From Hypanus sabinus (Eukaryota): a stretch of DNA of 64,000 nucleotides. The notes beneath the pieces were generated by a model, which was not told where the DNA came from, did not search any database, and saw only the letters and a list, made by a program, of their open reading frames with translations. How positions within the stretch are numbered: position 1 is the first letter of the stretch; the number at the start of each line of letters is the position of its first letter. A program made the position numbers and the translations under genes. Location: contig NC_082723.1 in NCBI RefSeq assembly GCF_030144855.1, positions 25,916,001-25,980,000 on the forward strand, given 5' to 3'. Positions 1 through 11,534 of this stretch are shown here, one piece after another.

Positions 1-1790
1 TTCAATATCAAGTCTTGCAGGCTGCAATTTACCCAGATGAGAAATGAGACATAAGACATTCTTCCTTGAGATCATGTTGTAATAGTGCAGGAGGCCAAAC
101 ACAAAGGAATCAGAGTGGGAATAGGATGAATTAAAATGACAGAAACTGGAAGCTCTACGTCACTCACACATGCTCTCAAGGCAATCTGTGTTGGATTCCT
201 CCACTGTGGAGGAGACCACCTAGTGCTTATTGAATGCAGTACTACAGATTGGAAGAAGTGCAGGTTAGCTGCTGTTTATCTTGGAATGTCCGGTCTGGAG
301 CCTGCATTCTGGTTCTTGATCCAGTCCGCAGACTCCGGACTCCAGGTCTTGTGGCCATCCCTTCTTTCACCCTTGAGCCCAAGTAGTCACACCTGTGGCT
401 CATCGTGGCTTGTTCGGACCCAAGGAGGTGCACCTGATGCCCATTGGCTGGCGGTGTATATAGGGGGCTCTGCGGCTGAGTGGAGTTGGGGGTTGCTCTG
501 GCTTAGAGTTCTTTGAGGTAAGTCTGGTAGTCACCTGGACCTAGTTCCCTTCCTATTCCTGGCTGTTGTTGCCTGGTGGGGCAACTCTGCCCCTTTCCAT
601 CCCTTGATGCTGATGGGTTGTGCCCTATAACCTGCTCAGGCCCTTATGGCCCTGCCTGGGAGTTATGTGGCCTACCCAGAGGTCTCTGCCCCCTACCTAT
701 CTTGTTGTCAATGGGATGTGTCCTGCTACATACCCAGGTGTCCTGTGACCTGCCCAGGCCCCTGTGCTCCTACCTGGGAGGACTGGGCCCTGCCCAGGAG
801 TTATGTGGCCTGCCTAGTGAACTCTGGGATCCTGTCTTGCTTGAACTCTTACTCCTGGATCCCCAGCATTGCCTTGAATGTCATTTCCCTCATGCACACC
901 ATGGTCACCACATCTTGTCTATTGTTTAATTGTTCCTGTCCTGTCCCTAGTACTTCAGTGCCTGTCCCCTTATTGTTTGGGTCCTTGGATGGTGGGACCA
1001 AAGGGTGCAAATGAACAGGTATTTGCATAGGAATGTGTTGCAGGCTGTCAAGAAGTAGTGATTCCTGCAAAATTTGGAAGAGGGAGGAGAGGGTAAGATG
1101 TGATTATGGTGAGATCATGTTAGAACAAAGGACAATGCATGAATGAAAAGGCTGGTGGAATAGAAGGTGAGGACTGGGGATCTCTCATTGTTCTATCTCT
1201 GGGGAGGCCTGCAAGAGCAGGCATGCAGCAAATAGTGGAAATGTGGTTAAGAGCTCCATTTACTGTCAAAGGGGAAACCACAGTTCAGGAAGGAGAATGG
1301 TGTTTCAGAGGCATCAGAGAGAAGGCCTCATCACTGGAACAAATGTGACAGACAAAGAAACTGAAGAGAAAAAGAATGGCAGGTTGAGAGAACGTATCCT
1401 CAAAGTAGCTGTATGAGTTGGTGGATTTGTAAAAGATGTCAATGGCTAGTCTATCTCCTGAGAAGATAGATACAGAAATGGGAAGTGTCAGATTAACCAT
1501 GTAAGGTGAACACTTGTAGCTGAATTTGTAACATTTTTAGTTCTTTGTGGGTGGAGGATGTGACACAAATGTAGTCAAGGTATCAGAGTTTGGGGAGTGG
1601 TCCCAAATAAGCCTGGAACAAGGGTTGTTCTTCATTTTCAGCAAAAAGACTGGCATAGCCAGAACCCATTTGGTTTCTCATCCCTACAACTTTCATTTGA
1701 AGAAAGTGAATTGAATCAAAGAAGTTGTTGAATATAAGGACAAGTTTCACCAATGGGGAATGGCTCAGACCTCCACTTCAGGATGAAAAT
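1..1790 (-). mobile_element. Degraded Penelope-like retroelement (RT/GIY-YIG), interrupted at ~287-972
   Basis: Minus-strand translations LPISVSIFSGDRLAIDIFYKSTNSYSY...ICSSDEAF and NNFFDSIHFLQMK..MG.GYASLF resemble Penelope RT motifs. Confidence 0.75.
287..972 (+). repeat. Insertion with LTR-like character and an internal ~138-bp-period repeat
   Basis: Splits the Penelope copy; starts TG; TATA-like GTATATAGGG at ~456; GGCCCTGCCYRGGAGTTATGTGGCCT at 648 and 786. Confidence 0.4.
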
Positions 1791-2815
1791 TCCTTGGTAT
1801 TCACCTTCCACCCCACCAGCCTGTCCATTTAACATATTATTCTTTGCTCTGACATGATCCACCATTAGTCACATCTTGCCCTCTTTCTGCATTTTGCACT
1901 TTCTTTTTGACTGATTGCTTCACTCTTCCACTGCACAGCACCTTCCTGTACAAATGGTGGAAATGCAATATCTGTCCAGTCATCACTTTCCTTCCCCCTC
2001 CCACTTCCCAAGGAGCCAAGCAATCACTCCAGGTGAAGCAACGATTAAGACCATAAGACATAGGAGCAGAATTAGGCTATCTGGCCCATTGAGTCTGCCC
2101 TGCCATTCAATCATGGCTGATCCTTCATTTTTTTTTTCTCCTCAACCCCAGTTCCTGGCCTTCTCTCTGTAATGGTTGATACCAGGTCCAATCAAGAACC
2201 TATCAATCTCTGCCTTAAGTACACCCAACCTGGCCTTCACAGCTGCATGTGGCAACAAATTCCACGAATTCACTGCCCTTTGGCTAAAAAAATTTCTCTG
2301 CATCTGTTTTGAAAAGGTGCCCTTCTATCTTGAGGCTGTGCCCTCTTATCCTAGACTCTCCCACCATGGAAACATCCTTTCCACATCTTCTGTCTGGGTG
2401 TTTCAACATTTGAAAGATTTCAGTGAGATTCCCCCTCATCCTTCTGAATCCCAGTGAGTACAGATCTAGAGCTATCAAACATTCCTGGAATCATCATTAT
2501 GAACCTCCTCTGGACCCTCCAATGCCAGCACATCTTTTCTAGGATGAGGGGCCCAAAATTGTTCTCAATACTCAAGGTGAGGTCTCACCATTGCCTTATA
2601 AAGCCTTATTCTAGACCTCTTGAAATGAATACTAACATGGCATTTGCCTTCCTCACCACCAACTCAGCCTAAAAATTAACCTTTAGGGTTCTGTACAGGG
2701 ACCCCAGATCACAAGGATTAACTTCTCTTCCAATCTCGGGTAGGCATTTAGTGTTAAAACGTGGCCTCAGATGCAGATTAAGTGATTGCTTTGTGGCGTT
2801 CCTGCACTCTAAAGT
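1790..2815 (+). mobile_element. Inverted Penelope-like 3' segment split by a CR1 insertion
   Basis: LVFTFHPTSL-type segment and CAGGTGAAGCAACG(ATT) GIY-YIG entry; sequence resumes after 2721. Confidence 0.6.
2049..2712 (-). mobile_element. CR1 LINE 3' fragment
   Basis: LYSLGFRRMRGNLTEIFQML..ESRIRGHSLKI on the minus strand; typical 3' tail. Confidence 0.85.
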
Positions 2816-3119
2816 GAAGATGAGCAAGCTGTGATTGAGAAACATAGACAGAAAACCTGCAGCACAATACAGACCCTTCGGCCCACAAAGCTGTGCTGAA
2901 CATGTCCTTACCTTAGAAATTACTTAGGGTTACCCATAGCCCTCTATTTTTGTCAGTTCCACTAGTCTAAAAATAATCAAAATAACAAAGGGTCCTGGAT
3001 ATAAGTGGCAGGGATCTGACTATGCTGGCAGGAGTGAGTTCAGGAGGGAGAATCTTCAATTTAATACTTCAAAGTTATTGCCACACAGAATATATATATC
3101 CCCTCAAATTTTCTAAACC

Positions 3120-3585
3120 AAAGTGCTAAGTAAATTTATTATCAAATATATGTCACCATATACTATCCTGAGATTCACTTTCTTGTGGGCATTCACAGTA
3201 AGTACAAAGAAACACATAGAATCAATGAAAAACTGTACACAATAAAGATGGACAAACAACCAATGTACAAAAGACAACAAATTGTGTAAATAAAATCAAA
3301 ATAATAATAAGCAATAAATAAATAAACATTGAGAACAAAAGTTGTTGAGTCCTTGAAAGTGAGATTGTGGGTTGTTCAATGATGGGCTGAGTGTAGTTTT
3401 CTCCTCTGTTTCAAAAGCCTGATGGCTGAAGGATAATAACTGTTCCTGAATCTGGTGGTGTAGCACTTAAGGCTCCTGCCCTTCTCCCTCGATAGCAGCA
3501 GTGAGAATAGAACATAGCCTGGATGTTGGGGGGTCCTTGATGATGGATGCTGCTTTCCTATGACAGCATTCCTTGTAGATGCACT
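3120..3585 (-). mobile_element. Rex1/Babar-type LINE 3' fragment
   Basis: Shares the CTGATGGC..GAAG..CTGTTCCTGAA block with other copies in the window. Confidence 0.6.
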
Positions 3586-4103
3586 TCAATATCTTAAGAT
3601 TTTTTCTTTGCCCCAAGGAATAGTACATGAGAATGGAAAGTTAGTGATAATAAACCTTGGTGATGTGCAGACTATGAAAATCCCAACATAGCAGCTGAAA
3701 TTTTACATTTAATTAGTTGAAATAATGAAATTAGAGGTAGAAATTGTAACCATGTGGTGATATTGAATTTGTCTGGTTCACTGATGCCTGTGTTGTCTTC
3801 AGCCACTCCAGATCTATGGTATTTTAGTTAAGTTTCAACTGCCTGAAGCAATGACCAAGCAAACCACTTCCATCAAAATGCTATGTCAGAAACCTCATGG
3901 ATCCACAGCTAGTCAGGAATGTAGCCTATTGCCACAAAAGTGATGGCATTAAATAGACCCAAAGAACAATTACCATAATCTGTGTAGGAATTAATTTTAA
4001 AATCATACTATGAACTTTGAATTAGTGAAACGCATACATAAACAAGTACCAAGAGCTTAATAGGAAAAAGTTATGTTAAACATGTAGGGTGCATACATAA
4101 GGT

Positions 4104-4260
4104 ACAGTGCCTAGAAAAAGCATTCACTCCCTCCTTGGAGGTTTTCATGTTTTATTGTTTTACAACATTGAATCACAGTGGATTTAATTTGGCTTTTTTG
4201 ACACTGTTTAACAGAAAAAGACTCTTTCATGTCAAAGTGAAAACAGATCTCCACAAAGTA
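4104..4260 (+). mobile_element. Tc1-like terminal fragment
   Basis: TA-CAGTGCCTAGAAAAAGCATTCAC Tc1-type end; no partner end seen. Confidence 0.55.
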
Positions 4261-5019
4261 TAGGTACTGTACATACATGCACAGATAAAGTGCAGTGTAC
4301 CTAATATTCACGGTTGTTGTGGAACCATCATTGGGTAAATGGGAATTTCATTGCACTGCAAACGGAAAGGTTTGAGTCAGGTTAGGTTAAGTCAGGTTAA
4401 TTTTAGGGTGAAATGAAAGTGACAATGTACTTTCAAGTTCATGCAATAAAGTTTTGGATTTTTAATAAGGTATTTTCCATTTTAAATTATCATCTTCTAT
4501 GGATTTAATTTGTTATTTATAAGTTTAGTCAATTATAATGTTATGCCCTCTTCACTCCTATTAGCCCCAATGTAGGTGAGTGGAAGAACTGATGGCAATG
4601 TAGGGAAATTGCAGGAAAATTTGGAGGAAGAATGGGACTGTTCCCTAAGCCAGCACAGATCTGATGGGCCAAACAACATTCATCTCTATCATCTGGAAAT
4701 AATGAAATATGGAATGTACAACTGATTCCATTGTTATCCTTCCCATGCAATGCTTCCTCGGTTCTCTCCTAAAAGACCTGATTTTCTTTTAAAAGCTCTT
4801 GCCCTTGTCCAACATTTCTCTATAAATGCAAAAAGTTCACTTCCAACTACTCTCTTAATTTCATTAACATTTTTGAGTTTTTTCCACCCTTTTTGTACCT
4901 ATTTGTTTCACTTTAATGAAGCGCTCATGGACTTAATTTTTTTTGGGCCTCCACTGTTGCTAGCATTTCACTGTTGAATAAATACTTGAATCTATACTTT
5001 GATCCTAAGTGAATAGTTC

Positions 5020-5645
5020 AACAACATATGTGATGATATTTTTGTTGTTTTGTGCAGCAGTACAGTGCAGTACATATGTAAACTATAAATTATAATAAGA
5101 AATATTTTTAATTAAATTAAATTAGTGCAAAAAGAGACCAAAAATAGTGAGGTAGATTTCATGGGTTGGTTCATTATCCATTCAGAAATCTGATGGCAGA
5201 GGGGAAGAAGTTGTTCCTAAAATGATAACTATGTGTCTTCAGGTTCCTGTAACTCGTCTCTGATGGTAGTCATCCGAAGAGAGCATGTTCTGGGTGATGA
5301 GGGATGCCACCTTCTTGAGGCATCACCTTTGGAAGATCTCCTCAATGCTGGGAAGGCAAGTGCCCATGATGGAGCCTCCTAAGTTTGCATCCCTCCACAG
5401 CTTTTTCTGATCCTGTTCACTGGCCCCTTCCATACCAGATGGTAATGCAACTAGCTAGAATGTTCTCCATGGTACATCTGTAGAAACTTGGGAGAGTCTT
5501 GGTGTCATACCAAGCCTCCTCAAACTCCAATGAAATATAGCCATTGTCGTGCCTTCTTTGTAATTGCATCAATACGTTGGGCTCAGGATAGATATACAGA
5601 GATGTTGACACCCAGGAACTTGGAACTGCTCACTTTATCTATCAT
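5020..5645 (-). mobile_element. Rex1/Babar-type LINE 3' fragment
   Basis: KTLPSFYRCTMENILASCITIWYG on the minus strand. Confidence 0.8.
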
Positions 5646-5729
5646 TGCCTCTTATATTACTTGCCAACTCCACATCATTGTGCTCTTGCCAAAGTTGGAT
5701 TAATGAATTTCTATTGTACTATCATTAGC

Positions 5730-6150
5730 TAAAGAACATAAGAAAATAGAACTAGGAGTAAGTAATTCAAATCTTTGTCCTACTTTACCATTCAATAAGA
5801 TATGACTGATCTTATATTCTTGCATTACTTTCCTAACCCTGACTTGTTAATTCTTTTATTAACCAAAACTATTCACTTCTGCCTTAAATATACTGAAAGA
5901 CTGAACATCCCTAGTCCTGGCTGTTAGTGAAATAGGGGCTTGGCCCAAAACATTGCCACAGGCAGCTGTGGAGGCCAAGTCCTTATGTATTTTTAAGAAA
6001 GAAGTTGATAGATTCTTGATCAGAACATGAAGGAATATGGGGAGAAGGTAGGAGATTGTGGCTGAGAAGAAAATTGGATTCACCATGATGAAATGGTGGA
6101 GCAGACACAATGGGCCAAATGGCCTAATTCTGCTCTGATATATAATGGTC
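5730..6150. mobile_element. Two CR1 3' fragments in opposite orientation
   Basis: CR1 tail on minus (~5730-5920) and plus (~5950-6150; LPQAAVEAKSL..FKKEVDRFL). Confidence 0.65.
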
Positions 6151-6785
6151 TTTATTCCTTTCTGGTGCTGCCTGACCTACTGAGATCCTCCAGCATTTTG
6201 TGTGTGTTAAAGAGAAATTCAATGTTTGGTTGCTCTCTAGAATGGCTAACCCCTCACTCTATGACTGTGATCACCACAGAGTTGAGGTTTCAAAGCATGT
6301 CTGAATCACTTCCTTAAGTCAAAAGAATTCCTCTTCCCTCTACTTCTTATCTTTTACTATCTAAACAATCTTCTAACTAGGTCAACGTTTCTCAGTTCTA
6401 TCAGCTACATTCTCTCTTTTGCTTTTCTCAAGTAACAGAAGTATTCAGTATATGCAATGTTCCATTCAATATCACTACTCCTAAATAGAAAGCACTTGAA
6501 AGATTATGGCAAAGACCTATGCAATTTAATCACATGGGTTGGAAATTATACAAGCAAGAGTATTCACAAGTTTCTAAAGATTTTTTTTGTAATACTTTTA
6601 TTACTCATTCTAACATTAATCTGAGATTCATATTTTGAATGTACTTTATCTATTATAAACATTGGTATAAAGTAATTATTCAAATAGTCTGCCTTTATAT
6701 ATTTTTATTTGTAATATTATCCACACCAGTTTATAAAGAGCTAACATTGCCTCATACTGCAATAACTATCATCCAGTAGCACTTA

Positions 6786-8370
6786 CAGTGGCATACAAAA
6801 GTTTGGGCACCCCGGTCAAAATTTCTGTTACTGTGAATAGTTAAGTGAGTAGAAGATAAACTGATCTCCAAAAGTCATAAAGTTAAAGATGAAACATTCT
6901 TTTTAACATTTTAAGCAAGATTAGTGCATTATTTTTGTTTTGTTCAATTTTAGAGTAAGAAAAAGGAAAGGAGCAGCATGCAAAAGTTTGGGCACCCCAA
7001 GAGATTTGAGCTCTCAGATAACTTTTACCAAGGTCTCAGACAATTAGCTTGTTAGGGCTATGGCTTGTTCACAGTCATCTTTAGGAAAGGTCAGGTGAAG
7101 CAAATTTCAAAGCTTTATAAATACCCTGACTCCTCAAACCTTGTTCCAACAATCAGCAGCCATGGGCTCCTCTAAGTAGCTGCCTAGCACTCTGAAAATT
7201 AAAATAAATGATGCCCACAATGCAGGAGGCTATAAGAAGATAGCAAAGCGTTTCAAGGTAGCTGTTTCCTCAGTTCATAATGTAACTAAGAAATGGCAGT
7301 TAACAGGAACGGTGGAGGTCAAGTTGAGGTCTGGAAGACCAAGAAAACTTTCAGAGAGACCTGCTCGTAGGATTGCTAGAAAAGCAAATCAAAACCCCCA
7401 TTTGACTGTAAAAGACCTTCAGGAAGATTTAGCAGACTCTGGAGTGGTGGTGCACTGTCATACTGTGCGGTGACGCCTGCACAAATATGACCTTCACAGA
7501 AGAGTCATCAGAAGAAAACCTTTCCTGTGTCTTCACCACAAAATTCAGCATCAGAAGTTTTCAAAGTAACATCTAAACAAGCCTGATGCATTTTGGAAAC
7601 AGGTCCTGTAGACTGATGAAGTTAAAATAGAACTTTTTGGCCACAATGAGTTTTTGGAGAGAAAAGGGTGCAGAATTTCATGAAAGGAACACCTCTCCAA
7701 CTGTTAAGCACGGGGTTGGATCAATCATGCTTTGGGCTTGTGTTGCAGCCAGTGGCACGGGGAACATTTCACTCATAGAGGGAAGAATTAATTTAAATAC
7801 CAGCAAATTCTGGAAGCAAACATCACACTGTCTGTGAAAAAAAAACTGAAGATGAAAAGAAGATGGCTTCTACAGCAGGATCCTAATCACACCTCAAAAT
7901 CCACAATGGACTACCTCAAGAGGCGCGAGCTGAAGGTTTTGCCATGGCCCTCACAGGCTCCCAACCTAGACATAATCGAAATCTGTAGGTAGACCTCAAA
8001 AGAGCAATGCATGCAAGACGGCCCAAGAATCTTACAGAACTAGAAGGCTTTTGCAAGGAAGAATGGGCAAAAATCCCCCAAACAAGAATTAAAAGACTCT
8101 TAGCTGGATACAGAAAGTGTTTACAAGCTGTGATACTTGCCAGAGGGTGTGTTACTAAGTACTGACCATGCAGGGTGCCCAAACTTTCACTTCGGGCCCT
8201 TTTCCTTTTTTGTTATTTTGAAACTGTAAACAATGGAAATAAAAAGTAATCTTGCTTAAAATATTAAAGAAATGGTCATCTTTAACTTTACGCCTTTTGG
8301 AAATTAGGTTATCTTTTATTCACAGTAACAGAAATTTTGACTGGGGTGCCCAAACTTTTGCATGCCACTG
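6786..8370 (+). mobile_element. Full-length, inactivated Tc1-family DNA transposon (IR/DR type)
   Basis: TA-CAGTGGCATACAAAAGTTTGGGCACCCC ... GGGGTGCCCAAACTTTTGCATGCCACTG; ~210-bp TIRs with inner repeat (~6981); transposase ~7162-8165 with GRPRK, (W)TDEVKIELFG, TVKHGVGSIMLW, QQD, IENL; several stops and frameshifts. Confidence 0.93.
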
Positions 8371-8439
8371 TCTATCCACACTGATGGATTGAGAGGTTGG
8401 TGATGAATCATATCAAATCCTGCCTGATAAGCTCCAATT

Positions 8440-9100
8440 TTCCTACCTGCATAACAGGTCCACAGCAGATGCCATTTCATTGGCCGTTCATTCAACTCTA
8501 GAACATCTGGACAGCAAAGATGCATACATCAGAATGCTCTTCATCAATTACAGCTTGGCCTCAAAACTAATCAATAAGCTTCAAGACCTGGTCTTGATAC
8601 TTCCTGTGTAATTGAATTTTCAATTTTCTCACTTGCAGACTCCAGTCAGTTCAGATTGGCAACATCTCCTCCACAATCTCCAGCAACACAAGTGCACCAG
8701 GAGACCCCGTGCTCTACTTGCTTTACACTTATGACTGTGTGGCTAAGCACAGCCAAAGTGCCATATTTACTGATGACACCACTGTCATAAACTGAATCAC
8801 AGGTGGTGATAAATCGGCATTCAGGAAGAAGGTTGAAAATCTGGCTGTGTGGTACAACAACAACATCTTATTCTATGTCAGTAAGACCATGCTGCTGATT
8901 ATTGACATCAGGAGGAGGATATGGGAGGTCCATGAGACAGTTCTCATCAGGAGGTCAGAAGTGGAGAGGATCAGCAACTTTAAATTCCTTAGTGTTATCA
9001 TTTCAGAGCACCTGTCCTGGGCCCAGCACTAGAAAGGAAACATGGCAACGCCTCTACTTCCTTTGGAGTTTCCAAAGATTTGGCATGATACCTAGAACTT
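8440..9100 (+). mobile_element. Rex1/Babar RT fragment
   Basis: [30 protein letters not shown]; TDDTTV motif; VERISNFKFLSV. Confidence 0.8.
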
Positions 9101-9319
9101 TCCCTCTCCTGCCTGAATTTAGCGGGCTGAACAGCATCTGTGGTGGGAAGGAAATTGTTAATATTTCAGGTGTTAGAGTGGGGGGTACACAGCTTAAATA
9201 AAGAAGACAGAGAGGTAAGATGGGGTGCTATGTAATAGGTGGGCTGAGTGGGGGGTGTATGAGATGATTTGACAATGGTCTGTCCACAACAGACATCTGG
9301 ATCTTACAGTTGTTCTCAA

Positions 9320-9925
9320 GACCATGACCGTGAGACATAGTAGCAGAATTAGGCTATTTGGCTCAATGAGTCTGCTCTGCAAATTGATCATGGCTGGTTT
9401 ATATTCCGTCTCAACTCCATTACTCCATTCTCCTGTCATCTCACCGTAACCTTTAACGTTCTTACTAATCATGAACCTATCAACTTCTGCTTTAAATGTA
9501 CCCAATGACTTGGCCTCCACAGCTGTCTGTGGCAATGAATTCCACAGGTTCACCACCCTCTCCGGCTAAAGAAACTCTACCTCATCTCTGTTCTAAAGAG
9601 ACGTTCTTCTATTCAGAGGCTATTCTGGTCTCAGACTCTCCCACAATTGGAATCATCCGCTCTATCTCAGTTTCTCAGTTTTCAGTGGTTTTCAATGAGA
9701 TGGGCCCCACCCCTGGCCATTTTTCTGAACACCAGCAAGTACAAGCGCAGAGCCATCAAATGCTCGTCTGGTAACCCTTTTATTCCCAGGGCCATTCTTA
9801 TAGACATCCTCTAGACACTTTCCAATGCCAGCACATATGTTCACAACACTCCAAATGTGTTCTGACTAATGCCTTATAAAGTCTCAGCATTATATCCTTG
9901 CTTTTATATTCTAGTCCTTTCAAAA
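9320..9925 (-). mobile_element. CR1 LINE 3' fragment
   Basis: VNLWNSLPQTAVEAKSLGTFKAEVDRFM. Confidence 0.85.
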
Positions 9926-10129
9926 TAAGAAATTACTTAAACCACAAAAAATGAGGGTACTACATTGCAGGCTAATTTATATTTATCAATACTAGCATCA
10001 ACCAGTATCCTTTGGTTATTAATCCATCTCACTACTTTCCCTTTATCAAACTGATATGTGCAATGTTGTTGAAAATTTTGTGGAAATCTCTATGGACTGC
10101 AACTCATTGTCCTTCCTTGGTGCTCTATT

Positions 10130-10400
10130 TACTTCCTTAAGCCCCATAACCCCTAATGGAGCGTAGACTGCCAAGAGCAGCTCACCAGAGTCCTCTGGCC
10201 TGGACCAGTCGTTCAAGTTGCCCCCAGGTGTAGCTCAGCTTTTTGGTGTATCCTTCTTCTCCTAGAATAAGGTCTTAGGAACTTTTGTTGGCATTGCTGT
10301 AGCACTGGGTTTTTATGGGATGGGGTTGCTAGCCACATGCCCAACCCTAACCCTAACCCTAACCCTCCTTTTGCAACTGGGCTTAGGACTGTCCATGGAA
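10130..10400 (-). mobile_element. Short RTE-like non-autonomous element
   Basis: Resembles RTE-type termini as recalled; hosts a (CCCTAA)n tract. Confidence 0.45.
10343..10366. repeat. Short interstitial telomeric repeat (AACCCT)4
   Basis: aaccctaaccctaaccctaaccct, i.e. (TTAGGG)n on the minus strand. Confidence 0.85.
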
Positions 10401-11534
10401 AATTCTTCCTAGTTAAACCCGCAAAAAATCATGTTAATCATACATGACCCTCTCTTGAAAAATCCTTATCAACTGCCCTTGATAAATCAACATTTTAATT
10501 TGCAGAGATTAATGTTTTACCTTAGAATTTTTCCAGTATTTTGCCCATCATCAATGAAAGGCTGGTTAGCCTGTTAAACAACATATCATTATATTCCATT
10601 TCTCTGGCACAGCACCTAAGTCAAAGGCTATAATTTTAATGGCAGTCAGACCCCAAACCATTTCCTCTCTTGCTTCTTATCAAGGTTTAATAACTTATTT
10701 TGATTTAACAATATGTCCAATTGTCTTGACATTTTCTCTCTTTACTATCAAGTTTTTTAATAATATCGTAACCTACAGATACTGGGTTAATTGATCCATA
10801 AATGTTAAGTTTGAACTTTTAAATGCATTTTAATCTTTTGTAACTTCAAAACTTAAGCAGATGCAAAATATTTATTTAAAACTACATACATATATTTGCT
10901 ACCTGATATTTAGGCTACTGTTTCTAACCGAAAATAATTTTATCAACTTCCTTGATTCTACATACCAATGATTTTTTTACACATACCCTTTTTGCTTTTC
11001 TAACTTCCTTTTCAATTCCATTTCCACATCTTCTGTACTTCTGTTAATGTAGTGCCCTAATTATTTGTCCAATTCATCACATTTTTACATAACTTTATGT
11101 ACATAGTTGTCAACATCCATGAGGGTCTAGATTTAATTCTCTGCTTTAACTGTAATCATATACTCAGAATAATATAACACTAGTCTAACTTGTCTTTGCC
11201 AACCAAACTGGCCATTTAAACTAATCCCATTTCTCTATAAGCCTTTCCTATCCATGTAGCAGTCTAAATGTCTTTTAAATGTCGTTATTGTGCATAGCTC
11301 AAACACTTACGTTGGTAATTCATACAATATATGCTCCAATCTCTGTGTAAAAAAGTTGCTGCTCAAATCCTTTTTAATTCTTTTCACCTTAAGTTTATGA
11401 CTTTTTGCTTTCCTTCCCTTCCCCTTGGAAAAAATTGTTTGCATTCACTTTATTTATGCTCATATACTTTTATAGAATCATCCTTCAGTCTCCTACATGC
11501 CAAGGAACCAGAAACTAAAGTTCAAGCCTGTCCA

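Noticed and set aside
136-1014. Overlapping 117-126-aa Cys/Pro-rich ORFs
   Set aside because: They fall in repeat-derived sequence with internal duplication; no splice structure or homology.
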